Notes under the pieces: generated by a model
What the model saw: only the letters and a program-made list of their open reading frames with translations
The model's database searches: none
What the model was told of the DNA's origin: nothing
From: an uncultured virus (IMG/VR IMGVR_UViG_3300002220_000147)
Lineage: Duplodnaviria; Heunggongvirae; Uroviricota; Caudoviricetes; Crassvirales
DNA: 64,000 nucleotides
Reading direction: 5' to 3' (one strand)
Virus record (IMG/VR): IMGVR_UViG_3300002220_000147
In this document: piece after piece, positions 35,006 to 44,620 of the stretch
Layout of the letters: each line of letters starts with the position of its first letter
How positions within the stretch are numbered: the first letter of the stretch is position 1
Translations under genes and position numbers: made by a program

Positions 35006-38000
35006 TGGATATAGCGAGAATTAATAATCGTAATAACTTTTTATTCAGAGATTACCCTAATTACCATCCGGAATCCATAAAGTATCTTGAGTTTTGGAAG
35101 ACCATTAAAAAACGTATAATTGAGGGATATTGGGGGCAGGATACTATAGATCCTAATGAAAAAGGGATGTGGAGATTTATGCCTCCTCAATTGTATTTTT
35201 ACGTTAATATATGTTATATACTTCATAAAAAAGAAGGTTCTGCAAAGAATGCTCCCAGACGTAAAGTACACCCGAATCTTGATGATATTGATTGGGACTT
35301 TTCGTATAAATGGATTGAAGCAAGAGGGTTTAGTGGATTTTCAGATGATGATGAATACACTTGTTGCAGAGATGTAGAATTATTTAACAAAGGAAAACTC
35401 CTTGAAGAAGATCTTCCTAAAACAGCCTACAATAAAAAGGGGGAGATAAAAAAGTATGTACACGCAAGAACATACGTCAACAAGTTATTTGATAAACCAG
35501 CAGGAGTTCCACTTTTTGATAATGAAGCTAAAAACCTAACTGTTTTAGGATCAAGGGGTAGTGGAAAAGACTTAGAAGAAAATACTTTAGTACATTCTGT
35601 TAGCAGAGGATCTATCCCTATTAAAGATGTAGAATTAGGAGAGTATATTTGGGGGGATGACGGTAAACCTACAAAAGTTGTAGATAAGAAGCATTTCAAT
35701 GACCAAGTACAGTATAGGATAACTATAGCTGATGGTAGAAGTTTAGTAGCTGGTGAAGGCCATTTATGGAAAGTAATTGATAATTATGGAAAAGAGGCTG
35801 TTATAGATACAGCAACTATTAGAGATAATTATAAAGCTTATATACGTAAATCTCCTAATGGTAAATATAACTTTGATTCTAAGTATTTTATTCCTATGAA
35901 TTCTCCTATAGAAGGAGTTACTACTGAACTTCCTATAGATCCTTATTTTCTTGGATTATGGTTAGGAGATGGTAATAGTCATAATACAGGTATTGCTACC
36001 ATAGACGAAGAGATAAAAGATTATATTTATAAATTTTCAGAACAATTTCCTGAACATATAGTAAATGTAAACCACAATAAAGATAAAACTTGTCCGACTT
36101 ATATTATAACTTCTGGACAAACATCTAAAAATAATTTTATAGGTTGTAATTTACTGTTAAATAAGTTCAGAGAATTATCTCTTCTAAATAACAAGCATAT
36201 TCCAGAAGAATATTTTCACGCAGGATACGAACAAAGATTAGAGTTACTAAAGGGACTAATGGATTCTGATGGTTACATAGATGTTGGAGGATTACATACA
36301 GAATTTAGTTCGTCAATAGATACATTAGCTAAAGATGTTATTAGACTTGCAAGAACTCTAGGTATAAGAACAGAATATTCTACTAGAATCCCTCATTATA
36401 AAAATAAAGAAGGTAATAAAGTAGAAGGTAAATTAAATTATAGAATAAGACTTAAACCTTTAATAAATATTTTTAAATTAACCAGAAAGAGAGAGTTATT
36501 TACAGAAGAAAGAGGTAGTTATAGCAGTAGCACAAGAAATAAACTCGCTATTAAGAATGTAGAAGAAATTGGAATAAAACCTTCAGTATGTATAGGAGTA
36601 GATAATGAAAGTCATTTATTTTTAGCTGGAGATTATATAGTAACACATAATTCATATTGGACAGCTAATATGGCTATTTTACACGAAGTCATTACTGATG
36701 GTGCAAAGGAGTATACAGAAGAATCAATTAAGAATCCTGGGAAAGTAGAACTGTTTGTGGGAGCTGCAATAGCTTCAAAATCAGCAGAGTTGCTTGAGAA
36801 AACATTAATGTCTCTTAATAACTTACCTGGAATATGGAAACCAGGTACTGATGAAGAAATACCTTCCCCATTATATAAAAGAGCTACAGGTAATTTACTA
36901 CATCCAGGAAAAGTTCCCTGGACATGTAAATATCAGAAAAAGTTTGGTGGAGAATGGCAATGGGTTGGTTCTCATAGCAGTATTAAACACGGTACCTGGA
37001 CTATTGAGAATCCTGAAGCTGCAGCAGGGGGTAGGTACAATGTAGTTGTATGTGAAGAGTTTGGACTTTTACCTAATAGTATACAAGTCCATATGTCTAA
37101 TATACCTACTATGTATATTGAGCATAAGTTTGGTACTGCCTTATATCTTGGTACAGGGGGAAATATAGAAAAGATCCAACAAAGTCAGACAATTTTCTGT
37201 GAACCAGAGAGTTATGATTCTCTTGAATTTGATGATATTTGGGAAAATACTGGAAAGATTGGATATTTTATACCAGCTACATATTCTGATAGAAAGTTTA
37301 AAGACGCTAATGGTAATACTAGGATAGAAGAGGCTACAGCTTATTTTTTAGCTAAAAGAGAGAAGGCTAAAAAGAGCAGGTCAGGAAATGCTATTGATAT
37401 GGAAATGATGAACTACCCGTTAGTTCCATCAGAAATGTTTCTTAACAAAAATAGAAATGCTTATCCGTTATCTGATTTAAAACACAGATTAGCAGAACTT
37501 CTTACAAACCCTAAACATTTAAACGCTACATACAAAGGTAAATTTGTAATTGATTCTGAAGGTAGTATTAAGTGGAGAAATGAAGATACTCAACCTATTA
37601 GAGAATATCCTCTGAAAAATGAAAATGCTGAAGGCTGTATTGAAATGTTCTATATGCCTCAATCAGGAGAAGAAGGTACTATACCATTTGGCAGGTATTT
37701 AGCTTCACTTGACCCTATTGATGATGATGGTAATACAGATAATTCTTTATCCCTGCAATCATTTTTTATATATGATTTGTGGACTGAGAAAATGGTCTTG
37801 GAATACAGTGGAAGAACTAAATTTGTAAAAGATTTTTATGAACAATGCAGAAGAGCTCTTCTTTATTATAATGCCAGAATGATGTATGAGAATCAGAAAA
37901 AGGGGGTTTTTACTTATTTTGACTCTAAGAATAGTTTATATTTATTAGAAGATACTCCTCCTGAATTAAGAGATATGGATATGCAAAGAGGATCTACTGT

Positions 38001-38352
38001 AGGTAATAAAGGAAAGGGTATTTATGCAACTCCAGCCATTAATAAATGGGGAAGGGATCAATTGGGCCCTGCATGGATGAATAGTCAGGCAGTAAATAAA
38101 GAAGATAATGTAAATAATGTAAATACTTTACTATCTGTAGGTCTAATAAGAGAAGCAATGCTATATAATCCTGATATAAATGCAGATAGAATTGCAGCAT
38201 TTGGTCTTTTAATGATTTATAGAGAATTGAAGATTAAGAATAAACCTGACACCAAAGAAAAAAGCAAAGCATCTTATTCAGATGATCCGTTTTTTAAAAG
38301 GACTTATGGCACTAACAGCTATAACAAACTAAATTTTTTAGTGAAAAACTAA
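35005..38352 (+). CDS. terL: terminase large subunit (intein-containing)
   Basis: Walker A GSRGSGK|SY split by the intein; Walker B VCEEFG; GTGG; nuclease DPIDDD and DRI. Confidence 0.93.
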   Translation: MDIARINNRNNFLFRDYPNYHPESIKYLEFWKTIKKRIIEGYWGQDTIDPNEKGMWRFMPPQLYFYVNICYILHKKEGSAKNAPRRKVHPNLDDIDWDFSYKWIEARGFSGFSDDDEYTCCRDVELFNKGKLLEEDLPKTAYNKKGEIKKYVHARTYVNKLFDKPAGVPLFDNEAKNLTVLGSRGSGKDLEENTLVHSVSRGSIPIKDVELGEYIWGDDGKPTKVVDKKHFNDQVQYRITIADGRSLVAGEGHLWKVIDNYGKEAVIDTATIRDNYKAYIRKSPNGKYNFDSKYFIPMNSPIEGVTTELPIDPYFLGLWLGDGNSHNTGIATIDEEIKDYIYKFSEQFPEHIVNVNHNKDKTCPTYIITSGQTSKNNFIGCNLLLNKFRELSLLNNKHIPEEYFHAGYEQRLELLKGLMDSDGYIDVGGLHTEFSSSIDTLAKDVIRLARTLGIRTEYSTRIPHYKNKEGNKVEGKLNYRIRLKPLINIFKLTRKRELFTEERGSYSSSTRNKLAIKNVEEIGIKPSVCIGVDNESHLFLAGDYIVTHNSYWTANMAILHEVITDGAKEYTEESIKNPGKVELFVGAAIASKSAELLEKTLMSLNNLPGIWKPGTDEEIPSPLYKRATGNLLHPGKVPWTCKYQKKFGGEWQWVGSHSSIKHGTWTIENPEAAAGGRYNVVVCEEFGLLPNSIQVHMSNIPTMYIEHKFGTALYLGTGGNIEKIQQSQTIFCEPESYDSLEFDDIWENTGKIGYFIPATYSDRKFKDANGNTRIEEATAYFLAKREKAKKSRSGNAIDMEMMNYPLVPSEMFLNKNRNAYPLSDLKHRLAELLTNPKHLNATYKGKFVIDSEGSIKWRNEDTQPIREYPLKNENAEGCIEMFYMPQSGEEGTIPFGRYLASLDPIDDDGNTDNSLSLQSFFIYDLWTEKMVLEYSGRTKFVKDFYEQCRRALLYYNARMMYENQKKGVFTYFDSKNSLYLLEDTPPELRDMDMQRGSTVGNKGKGIYATPAINKWGRDQLGPAWMNSQAVNKEDNVNNVNTLLSVGLIREAMLYNPDINADRIAAFGLLMIYRELKIKNKPDTKEKSKASYSDDPFFKRTYGTNSYNKLNFLVKN
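35569..36651 (+). mobile_element. intein (361 aa, class-3-like) with LAGLIDADG endonuclease
   Basis: Starts DLEENT (no Cys/Ser1); GHLW, VCIGVD, ends VTHN|S; LGLWLGDG and LKGLMDSDG motifs. Confidence 0.9.
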
Positions 38353-38410
38353 TAAAACTTTAGGAAAAATTTATAAAATTTATTAATATTGCAAGTTTAA
38401 TTTACATACT

Positions 38411-40816
38411 ATGTATAATGTAATAAAAAAACAAATGCCTTCTCAAAAGAAAGCAACAAGAGAGAAGACAGAACAATGGAGAAAGGATTGTGTAGATGCT
38501 AGTATAAATCTATCAATGAGCAATTCTGATTCAAAAATAAGAGATGACAAGTATGGAATGAGAGCTAATTACCGTCTGTATGACGGTATATTAGACAAAA
38601 AAGATATAGAAAGAACTGTAAATCCCTGGGGACTAGACAGTAATACTTTTCCTGCAGATATGCAATGTTATCCTATAGCTACAAGTAAGATTAATTTACT
38701 TGTAGGAGAAGAAGCTAAGAGAAGATTTGATTGGAAACTTCGTGTAACTAATGATGATGCAATAAGTGAAAAAGAAAAATTTATAAAAGATACAGTTCTT
38801 GAAAGACTTACTCAACTTGCAATGACAGAAGGAATTTCTGAAGAGCAGGCTCAAAAAGAGGTTAAGGAACTTGAGAGATGGCGTAATTATGAAGCTCAGG
38901 ATATAAGGGAAAGACTTGGAACTCAGATACTTAATCACCTTTGGTCAGAGCAGAAGATGAAACTAACTTTTAATCAGGGTTTTAAAGATGCTCTTATTGC
39001 AGGAGAAGAGGTTTATTGTGCTGATATAATAGGTAGTAAACCGGTATTAAGGAAAGTAAATCCGTTGGATTTATATGTTTTTGGGTTAGCTGGAAGTCCT
39101 TATATAGAAGAAGCTGATATTATTGTTGAGGATTCATATCATTCTTTGGGGTGGGTAATTGATAATTATTATGATTATTTAAAACCTAATGAAATAGAAT
39201 CTTTAGAACAAGGCACGGGATTGAAACCCAGCGGCAATTCTTTATTAAATTACTCTGATGAAAAAATGCCTAATTTTAATTTTGGAGATATTGATGGTTT
39301 AATTACCATTGATGAAAATTCATATGGGGGAAAAGCTGCTTATGATAGTACAGGAAATGTAAGAGTAACACGGGTTGTATGGAAATCAAGACGTAAACTT
39401 GGAGTTCTTACTTATTTTGATGAGAATGGTGAAGAATTAAAAGATACAGTTGATGAGAATTATGTTCCTGACAAGTCAAAAGGTGAAACTATAAAATGGT
39501 TATGGATTAATGAGTGGTGGGAAGGTACTAAAATAGGTGGTGACATTTATATTAAAATGCAGCCAAGACCTATTCAATTCAGAAGGATGGATAATTTGTC
39601 CATATCAGGAAGCGGATATGTTGGTACCATATATAATACAAATGATGGTAAAGCCAAATCTATAATGTCAATGATGAAGCCTTATTCTTATATGTATAAT
39701 AAGATAGCTTATAGGGTAGATAAATCTATGGCTAAATATAAAGGGCCAATGATTGAATTAGATATGGCTAAGAAACCAACAGATTTTACTGTTGATCAGT
39801 GGTTATATTACGGAGAAGAAATAGGTTATATCTTTATTGATTCATTTTCTGAAGGGGCTAAAGGAAGGGCTACCGGAAAGTTAGCGGGAGATTTCAACAC
39901 CTCAGGTAAAATCTTTAATGCAGATTTAGGGAATTACATTGTGCAGAATTTAGAAATGATGAAGTACATTGAAGATTCTTTAGGCAGTGCAGTAGGTATT
40001 ACAAGACAAAGAGAAGGATCTATAGATAACAGGGAAACTGTTGGAGGAGTAGAAAGATCTGTAACACAATCATCACATATTACTGAAGAGCTTTTCCTGA
40101 TACACGATTTTACTAAATTAAGAGCACTTGAAGTTTTACTTGAAACTGCTAAGTACGCTTATATGAATGATAGTAAAGTTGCACAATATATAATGGAAAG
40201 TGATCTGGCTCAGCAAATATTTACTATTGATGGAGAATTGTTTTCAGAAGCTGATTATGGTATTGTTATGACTGATTCATCAATGCAGACTGAATTAAGA
40301 AACTCTCTTATACAACTTGCACAATCTGGTATACAATCAGGAGTATTAAATTTCTCAACATTTATGGATATTTATATGACTCAATCTATTGCTGATACCA
40401 GACGTAAGATTGAACGTGCTGAAATGGCTAATATAGAACAGCAACAGCAACAGCAACAAGCTCAGCAAGAGCATGAGCAACAGATGTTACAAATGGAGAT
40501 TGAGAATAGGGAAGATATTCAGGCACATCAAATGGAAATTGAGCAACTTAAATCTGATACTGCAATTGAAGTTAAATTACTTGAAATTGAAGCTAGGCAG
40601 ACTGAAAAGGCTATGGATGTTGAGGGAACTACTGAAGAAGCCCCTGAAGATAATTCATTTGATAGAGAGAAATTCTTAGCAGAGTATAAGCTTAAAGAGA
40701 AAGACCTTGAAGAAAAGAAAAGACAGGCTTTAGTTAAGGAGAAGCAAAAAGATGAGGAAATCACTATCAAAAGGAAAGTAGCTAATAAACCTACTCCTAA
40801 ACCTACAAGAAAATGA
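38411..40816 (+). CDS. portal protein
   Basis: 801 aa, directly after TerL; KINLLVGEE, WINEWWEGTKIG, GITRQREG, Q-rich coiled C-terminus typical of crAss portals. Confidence 0.9.
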   Translation: MYNVIKKQMPSQKKATREKTEQWRKDCVDASINLSMSNSDSKIRDDKYGMRANYRLYDGILDKKDIERTVNPWGLDSNTFPADMQCYPIATSKINLLVGEEAKRRFDWKLRVTNDDAISEKEKFIKDTVLERLTQLAMTEGISEEQAQKEVKELERWRNYEAQDIRERLGTQILNHLWSEQKMKLTFNQGFKDALIAGEEVYCADIIGSKPVLRKVNPLDLYVFGLAGSPYIEEADIIVEDSYHSLGWVIDNYYDYLKPNEIESLEQGTGLKPSGNSLLNYSDEKMPNFNFGDIDGLITIDENSYGGKAAYDSTGNVRVTRVVWKSRRKLGVLTYFDENGEELKDTVDENYVPDKSKGETIKWLWINEWWEGTKIGGDIYIKMQPRPIQFRRMDNLSISGSGYVGTIYNTNDGKAKSIMSMMKPYSYMYNKIAYRVDKSMAKYKGPMIELDMAKKPTDFTVDQWLYYGEEIGYIFIDSFSEGAKGRATGKLAGDFNTSGKIFNADLGNYIVQNLEMMKYIEDSLGSAVGITRQREGSIDNRETVGGVERSVTQSSHITEELFLIHDFTKLRALEVLLETAKYAYMNDSKVAQYIMESDLAQQIFTIDGELFSEADYGIVMTDSSMQTELRNSLIQLAQSGIQSGVLNFSTFMDIYMTQSIADTRRKIERAEMANIEQQQQQQQAQQEHEQQMLQMEIENREDIQAHQMEIEQLKSDTAIEVKLLEIEARQTEKAMDVEGTTEEAPEDNSFDREKFLAEYKLKEKDLEEKKRQALVKEKQKDEEITIKRKVANKPTPKPTRK

Positions 40817-43326
40817 CACCAAGAGAAAAGTTAGATTTACTAAAAAGTTATAGAGCTGCTGGTGGTACTGGCAGCTATGTATCTCTTATTAAAGAGGCTA
40901 AACAGTATGCCTTAGGTGGTGAGAAGACCCCTAAAGAACTATCAGGTCCGACTATCAGAGGAAAGAAATATCCTAAAGGAACTATTGTTACTAATGATCC
41001 TAATGATCCGAGATTAAAAGCTTATCAGGATAGTTTGAGTATCTACAAGCTCGCCCCAAGTACAGGAAGTAACCCTATTAGCAAAGTTGACGGAGACTCT
41101 TACAGACTTAGAATGGATAAAGTCTCGACTTTTAAAAAGGGGGATGCTAAAAAATACTTAGAAGATGTTAAGAGTTATAAGGTTTATGATAATGGTAGCG
41201 TAAGTAAGAGAAAAATTAAAGATAATGTTTATGAAGAAGTTCAAACGAATATAGAACACCTATCAGGCAAAGCTTCTTCCGGAAGAGATAAGGTAACTCT
41301 GGATAGAGCTACTGAAGATTTAGGAGATAATACCTTTATAGATTCTTCATCAAGAGCATCTCATAGATATTATAATCCAAACATATCTCCTGTAGGGTGG
41401 GAAGACCAGCCTGTTTATAAAAAACCTACACAACCAATAGTGTACACACCGTTTGTAAACAGAATGCAATCGAAAGGACTTCCTGAATCACCTGAATTAA
41501 TTCCTAATGAAAGAATAATGCCTGATGTGGTATATAAAGACAGCAGACATTTGAATGCAGGATATACAGGAATAGACATTCAACATAAGACAGATCCATT
41601 GGGTAGATGGGCTGCTAAGATGAATATGAGCACAACTCCGGGAGTAAGAGGTAGGTTATCAACACCTAATCCAGCAGGTGATTACACGACTAAGTATGCA
41701 TTAGGCGGGCCCAAACAAAAAGCTGTATTACCTTATTCTCCTGAAGCATTAGCATCTGGTACTCCTACTTTTCATCAACGTTCTGCTTTGTTACCTAGTA
41801 CTATAAAAACTAAAGCTGCTTCAAATTTACCAGAATTAAATTCTTTTCAGCCTATTATACAGGAGGCTGAATCTACTAATTATATTTCTTCATTACCTAC
41901 TCAAGATATAAAAATAGATAGTACAAGCAAGGCTAGAAAAGTATTGGAGGAAGATTTACCTGAAATAGAAGAAGAAGAGAAATACACTGTAAATAAAGGG
42001 GATACTTTATGGGGAATAGCTAAAAAACATAATACTGATTTAGCAACAATAAAAAGACTAAATCCTAATTTAAAAGATGTAAATAAAATCCAGATAGGGG
42101 ATGAGATAGCTATAAATAAAAAAGTAACAAATAATTTACCTAAAGAGTTGAATTATAGTTATATGAGCCCTTTTGAATTAGATGAAATAAATCAAAATTT
42201 AGATAATGAAGATAAGATACATTTAGTAGAAAAAACTACACCCTCTTCAGAATATTATGTAGTTGAAGATAAAACTACCCATACCGCAAGAGTATATAAA
42301 ATGGGTAAATTAGTAGAAACTATTGATACTGCTACCGGAGCCAGTAAAGGAGATGAATTAACAGTTACTTATACTGGAGGCACAGGAAGATTAATTGGAG
42401 GTAAGGGTAATATGAAAACTCCTGCTGGGATGTTTAGAATATCTTCTACAGGAACTCATCAAGGACATACATCTTTTCAGAGGTCTAAAATAAATGAAGA
42501 TTATAATATACCAAGTAGTGTTCATACAGGAAAAATACCTAAAGATAAAGAGAAATGTAATTTATCTAATGGATGTACAAGAATTACTCCAGAAGGAGCA
42601 TCTTCATTAACAAAATATATAGGAAAGAATTCAAGATGGTATATTCTTCCAGAAGAAGAAGGATCAAGTGATTTTAAAATTACTGGTACAGGATTATCTT
42701 TTATTAGCAATGATCCTAAAAAACTTTTTTCAGAGCATTCTAAAGGAAGTAGAAATATATCTATTAAACTTCCAGAAAATTTACAAGATAATCAATCAGT
42801 TAAAAATGTTGCTAAGACACTGGAAGCTTCTAAATTATTGATGGGAGATAAAATTGGAATTAGCTCAGATACTTATGATAAACTAGCATTAATGATTTTA
42901 GGTATAATGGGCAGAGAAAGTGGTTTCAATAATCCAGGAATTAGAGGAACTTACGGAATGGTAAGAGATGAAATTGCCGGAAGAGTGTTAGGTAAAAATG
43001 TTAGTGCTGGTGCGTTTCAACTTAGAGAGTCTTCAATACCGAAAGGGTATTTAAAAAAATTAACAGGTAAAGATAGTGTAGAATATAACGATTTAATGAA
43101 TAGTGCAACTGCATCTCAGTATGTAGTATTATCTTTATATGATATTTATAAAAATATTGCTCCGAGATATAAAGAAAAATATCCTGACATGTCTTTGGAA
43201 GAAATTACATTAGCTTACTATACCAACCCACAAGGAGTAATTAACCCTAAAAAATCAGAATTACGTAAAAGTTATGCTAAAACAGCATTAGAAATGGGTA
43301 AGCAATTTGAATTAGAATATAACTAA
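40813..43326 (+). CDS. putative virion peptidoglycan-active protein (LysM + YkuD/L,D-transpeptidase-like + lysozyme/SLT-like)
   Basis: YTVNKGDTLWGIAK...IQIGD; TPAG...VH...SNGCTR; GRESG...GAFQL; two YALGG motifs. Confidence 0.75.
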   Translation: MTPREKLDLLKSYRAAGGTGSYVSLIKEAKQYALGGEKTPKELSGPTIRGKKYPKGTIVTNDPNDPRLKAYQDSLSIYKLAPSTGSNPISKVDGDSYRLRMDKVSTFKKGDAKKYLEDVKSYKVYDNGSVSKRKIKDNVYEEVQTNIEHLSGKASSGRDKVTLDRATEDLGDNTFIDSSSRASHRYYNPNISPVGWEDQPVYKKPTQPIVYTPFVNRMQSKGLPESPELIPNERIMPDVVYKDSRHLNAGYTGIDIQHKTDPLGRWAAKMNMSTTPGVRGRLSTPNPAGDYTTKYALGGPKQKAVLPYSPEALASGTPTFHQRSALLPSTIKTKAASNLPELNSFQPIIQEAESTNYISSLPTQDIKIDSTSKARKVLEEDLPEIEEEEKYTVNKGDTLWGIAKKHNTDLATIKRLNPNLKDVNKIQIGDEIAINKKVTNNLPKELNYSYMSPFELDEINQNLDNEDKIHLVEKTTPSSEYYVVEDKTTHTARVYKMGKLVETIDTATGASKGDELTVTYTGGTGRLIGGKGNMKTPAGMFRISSTGTHQGHTSFQRSKINEDYNIPSSVHTGKIPKDKEKCNLSNGCTRITPEGASSLTKYIGKNSRWYILPEEEGSSDFKITGTGLSFISNDPKKLFSEHSKGSRNISIKLPENLQDNQSVKNVAKTLEASKLLMGDKIGISSDTYDKLALMILGIMGRESGFNNPGIRGTYGMVRDEIAGRVLGKNVSAGAFQLRESSIPKGYLKKLTGKDSVEYNDLMNSATASQYVVLSLYDIYKNIAPRYKEKYPDMSLEEITLAYYTNPQGVINPKKSELRKSYAKTALEMGKQFELEYN

Positions 43327-43375
43327 CAAAAAAGCTATAGTAAAATTAGTATTAAACCAAAAAAGATAATAATTA

Positions 43376-43407
43376 TTTGCATCTTATATTAATATATAAT
43401 ACATTTG
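43376..43407 (+). promoter_or_regulatory. Bacteroidota-type promoter upstream of the scaffold/MCP genes
   Basis: TTTG-N20-TACATTTG. Confidence 0.7.
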
Positions 43408-43427
43408 CACATTAAAAGAAGAAGAGT

Positions 43428-44591
43428 ATGAAATTATTTAATAACATTACACTGGGAGATATGGATGAAACCATTGAAATTCCAGATACAGTCGAGACTC
43501 CTTCTGAAAAGGAAACTCCTGTAAAAACCAAAGAAATTAATATTGATGATGATGGAATGTTGGACATTCCTGATATCCCAATACAAGATAGTGAAGAAGA
43601 AGGAGATGAACTAAATATTGAAGAATTTAGTGAAGAGACTGATGAGTCGGAAACCCCTCCTGCTAAAACTAAGGGTAGCTCTTCTTCTTCGCCTTTTAAA
43701 CCTTTCGTAAAAGCTCTTTCAGAGGAGGGGTTTCTACCATCTATAGATGATGAAGAATTTGACAAGTTGGTAGAGGAGTTTGGTACAGAAAGTGAAGTAT
43801 TAATGGAACTTACAAGAAGAACCATTGCTGCTGATATTGAAGAATATAAAAATAATGCTGAGGCTGATTTTAAATCATTTATTGAAGCTCGTGAAAAAGG
43901 ATATGACCTGAACGAGTGGGCTGATGTGTATGAAGCAAAAAAATCTTATTCTTCTATCACTGAAAATACTATTGAAGATAATGAAGACCTTCAGAAAAAT
44001 CTTGTAAGACAGAATCTTAAGTACAGGGGAATGACAGATGAAGAAATTGATGATACAATTGAAGCATATGAAACTACCGGAAAACTTGAAGATAATGCTA
44101 AAAAAGCACATAAAAATCTTCTTAAATTAGCAGAAACTCAGGAAAAACAGCTTGAAGAAAATAAAAAAACGCAGGAAGCTGAGGCCATTAAAGCAAGAGA
44201 AGACAGTCTTAAATCCTTAAAAAAAGAACTTGATACTTTACAGGAACCTTTCCCAGGAATTAAGATTAATAAACAAACAAAAGATAAAATTTACAACAAC
44301 ATTACAACTGCTGTAGCTAAAGGAAAAAATGGAGAACCTTTAAATGCTACAATGGCTAAGAGAGCAGAAGACCCTATTAAATATGCTATTTATGAAAACC
44401 TATTATTGGAATTAGGTGCTTTTGATGGCAAACTAGATAAACTTCTGAGTAAACAAAAAAGTAAAGCTTTAGCTGATCTTGAAAAATCTTTAAGTGAAAG
44501 TGCAAATACCAATTTTAAACAAGGTAAGTCTACTTTAGGCAAAGGAAGCTCTGATGATGATGTAGATTTTAGATTACCAAAATTCAAATAA
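43428..44591 (+). CDS. putative capsid scaffolding/assembly protein
   Basis: Very acidic, coiled-coil; directly upstream of MCP. Confidence 0.7.
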   Translation: MKLFNNITLGDMDETIEIPDTVETPSEKETPVKTKEINIDDDGMLDIPDIPIQDSEEEGDELNIEEFSEETDESETPPAKTKGSSSSSPFKPFVKALSEEGFLPSIDDEEFDKLVEEFGTESEVLMELTRRTIAADIEEYKNNAEADFKSFIEAREKGYDLNEWADVYEAKKSYSSITENTIEDNEDLQKNLVRQNLKYRGMTDEEIDDTIEAYETTGKLEDNAKKAHKNLLKLAETQEKQLEENKKTQEAEAIKAREDSLKSLKKELDTLQEPFPGIKINKQTKDKIYNNITTAVAKGKNGEPLNATMAKRAEDPIKYAIYENLLLELGAFDGKLDKLLSKQKSKALADLEKSLSESANTNFKQGKSTLGKGSSDDDVDFRLPKFK

Positions 44592-44620
44592 ATAGAAACT
44601 TTTTTTAAACTATAATAACA

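Noticed and set aside
40438..40485. CAG/CAA repeat tract
   Set aside because: Encodes the ordinary poly-Gln coiled coil of the portal C-terminus
43412..43825. Minus-strand 137-aa Ser-rich ORF and similar short antisense ORFs throughout
   Set aside because: Shadow frames of acidic sense-strand genes
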